Translations under genes and position numbers: made by a program
Notes under the pieces: model-generated
What the model was told of the DNA's origin: nothing
Databases searched by the model: none
Seen by the model: only the letters and a program-made list of their open reading frames with translations
Part shown: in pieces, positions 61,703 through 64,000 of the stretch
Position numbering within the stretch: position 1 is the stretch's first letter
How the letters are laid out: each line of letters opens with the position of its first letter
Source of the DNA: Antechinus flavipes
Taxonomy: Eukaryota
Direction of reading: 5' to 3'
DNA length: 64,000 bases
NCBI RefSeq assembly: GCF_016432865.1
Contig: NC_067400.1
Span: 611,816,001-611,880,000, forward strand

Positions 61703-63982
61703 ATGACGAAGACGGACGCCGCAGCGCTGCCCCCGGAGGAGGAAGAGGAGGAAGAGGAGGAGGAGGAGGAGCCCCTGCCAGAAGCTCCCAGCCCCATCCC
61801 GGAGCCCAGGCAGAAGCCCGTGGTGCACCCCTCCGCCCCGGCCCCGCTGCCCAAGGACTACGGTAAACACGCCCGAGGTGTGGCTTAGCGGGGAACCCCG
61901 GGAGCCGCCGTTCTCCCAACCCAGATCCTCGGGAGAGCCTGAGGGGGTCAGTCTTGTGACCCAGCGGGATCCATCCTGGATCTGAGGGATCCGACCTAGT
62001 GGGAATCCAGAAGGATCCAGCCCCGAGAGCTCAGGGGATCTGGTGGCTCTGCGCCTGGGGGGCTCAACTTGGCCATTTTTGAAAAGTGTTTGGTGACAGA
62101 AGGGCACTTGGCTCTTGTAGGTTCCCTTTGGAATCCGGAGCATTTGATGGTTTAAAGGGCCCTCCTGAGGAGGGGCCCCAGGGGACCGCACATACCCCCC
62201 CTTTAAGAGCCCCTCCTTTTGGTGGGTCAGAAGGCAGGAAGGGGGGCTGAGGGGGGTCCAGGTGAGCATTCTCAGTCTGCAGGGTGACCCCTGGGGACCC
62301 TGGCAGGTGGAAGCAGACTCTGGATCTGGGGGTACGTTACCTTGGCCAAGAGCTGACCTGCCTCTCTCTCCCATCAGCCTTCACTTTCTTTGACCCCAAT
62401 GACCCAGCCTGTCAGGAGATTCTGCTGGACCCACGGACCACCATCCCCGAGCTCTTTGCCATCATCCGCCAGTGGGTGCCCCAGGTTCAGCACAAGATTG
62501 ACGTCATTGGCAATGAGGTGGGTGGAGGCCGCGGGTGGGGTGCGGGGGGTCCAGGACGGCCCTTCCCGGGGTGACAGCGGAACCCTTCCCCAGATCCTGC
62601 GCCGTGGATGTCACGTGAATGACCGGGACGGGCTCACAGACATGACCCTGCTCCACTACGCCTGCAAAGCCGGCGCGCACGGCGTTGGTGAGTGGGCTGG
62701 GCCCCCGGAGCCCCGGGAGCCATCTTTGAGTTCCTAAGATCCCAGGCCCTCGAGCTCCCTAATGCCAGCTCTCCTTAAGTTCTCGCCCCACCCCCGGCCT
62801 GTGCCCACCCTGCCAACCTCCCCACAGGAGACCCGGTGGCCGCCGTCCGCCTGTCGCAGCAGCTGCTGGCCCTGGGGGGGGACGTGACCCTGCGGAGCCG
62901 CTGGACAAACATGAACGCGCTCCATTACGCCGCGTATTTCGACGTCCCCGATCTCATCCGCGTGCTGCTAAAGGGGGCCCGGCCGCGAGGTATGGGGGAA
63001 GGCCCCGGCCTGTGGGGGAGGGAGGCCCAGACTGGTGGGGGGAGGGAGGCCCTGGCCTGTGGGGGAGGGAGGCCCAGACTGGTGGGGGGAGGGAGGCCCA
63101 GACTGGTGGGGGGGAGGCCCCGGCCTGTGGGGGAGGGAGGCCCAGACTGGTGGGGGGGAGGCTCAGATTGGTGGGGGGAGGGAGGCCCCGGCCTGTGGGG
63201 GAGGGAGGCCCAGACTGGTGGGGGGAGGGAGGCCCAGACTGGTGGGGGGAGGGAGGCCCAGACTGGTGGGGGGAGGGAGGCCCAGACTGGTGGGGGGGAG
63301 GCCCAGACTGGTGGGGGGAGGGAGGCCCAGACTGGTGGGGGGTGGGAGGCCCAGACTGGTGGGGGGTGGGAGGCCCAGACTAGTGGGGGGGAGGCCCCGG
63401 CCTGTGGGGGAGGGAGGCCCAGACTGGTGGGGGGTGGGGGGGAGTCTGGGACCCGAGGAGTCTCTGGCTACCCTGACCGGGCCCCTTCCTGCCCCCTCCT
63501 CCCTCTCCCCTCCTAGTGGTGAATTCGACTTGCAGTGACTTCAACCACGGCTCAGCCCTGCACATCGCAGCGTCCAACCTGTGCCTCGGGGCTGCCCGCT
63601 GCCTCCTGGAGCACGGGGCCAACCCTGCTCTGCGGGTACGTGAGCTGGCCCTAGGCCTGGCGCCCGGCTGCCCCCTGGGCCCGTCTCCCAGAAGCTGGGG
63701 GGGGGGTGCAGCCCGCGCCCCCTGACCACGGCTGTCCCCCCGCAGAACCGCAAGGGCCAAGTCCCGGCCGAGGTCGTCCCGGACCCCATGGACATGTCCC
63801 TGGACAAGGCTGAGGCCGCCCTCGTGGCCAAGGAGCTGAGGACGCTGCTGGAGGAGGCCGTGCCCCTGTCCTGCGCCCTCCCCAAGGTCACGTTGCCCAA
63901 CTACGACAACGTCCCGGGCAACCTCATGCTCAGTGCCCTCGGCCTTCGGCTCGGGGACCGGGTCCTGCTGGACGGCCAGAAG
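61703..63982 (+). CDS. CLIP3: CAP-Gly domain-containing linker protein 3 (CLIPR-59), 5' part; continues beyond the window
   Basis: Exons 61703-61862, 62378-62517, 62594-62687, 62828-62989, 63517-63635, 63746-63982, phases closing. Protein MTKTDAAALPPEEEEEE...KPVVHPSAPAPLPKDYAFTFFDPNDPACQEIL..., ankyrin repeats (MTLLHYACKAG, NALHYAAYFD, SALHIAASNL), ...LGLRLGDRVLLDGQK. Confidence 0.97.
62992..63435 (+). repeat. G-rich 24-bp minisatellite (about 18 copies) in a CLIP3 intron
   Basis: Unit gggaggcccagactggtgggggga with variants ggccccggcctgtggggg; fills most of the intron between 62989 and 63517. Confidence 0.92.
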
Positions 63983-64000
63983 GTCAGGGGCCGCGGGAGC

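Noticed and set aside
62836-63538. Repetitive ORFs (GGGRPRLV, EGGPDWWG, REAQTGGG)
   Set aside because: Translations of a stop-free 24-bp intronic minisatellite flanked by canonical CLIP3 splice sites.

Overview
Eukaryotic (marsupial) genomic DNA. The SINE and L1 3'-end types point to an Australian marsupial, probably a dasyurid; this is inferred from repeat recognition only. The window is the gene block syntenic with human 19q13.12, shown in reverse orientation. Gene order: CAPNS1 (-, 5' end only), TBCB (-, complete, 6 exons, 246 aa), POLR2I (+, complete, 6 exons, 125 aa), OVOL3 (-, complete), WDR62 (-, complete, 32 coding exons, about 1600 aa, two GC-AG introns), THAP8 (+, aberrant) and CLIP3 (+, 5' part, runs off the window). 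GC/CpG-rich gene islands alternate with AT-rich L1/L2/MIR/SINE-filled introns. There is one assembly gap (1115-1463). Most notable: (1) THAP8 appears to have lost its THAP zinc finger (decayed, frameshifted exon 1; no exon 2) while keeping an open HCF-1-binding-motif plus coiled-coil C-terminus, and it now sits 8.3 kb from the WDR62 start codon behind L1 debris; (2) the hydrophobic motif of calpain small-subunit domain V is present in three tandem copies; (3) a possible in-phase alternative first exon for POLR2I; (4) back-to-back palindromic poly(A) signals shared by POLR2I and OVOL3; (5) nested L1/LTR insertions with duplicated junctions. Exon boundaries were read by hand, and the exon phases close for every complete gene. 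Human comparisons are from memory of the orthologous proteins and need checking by alignment.
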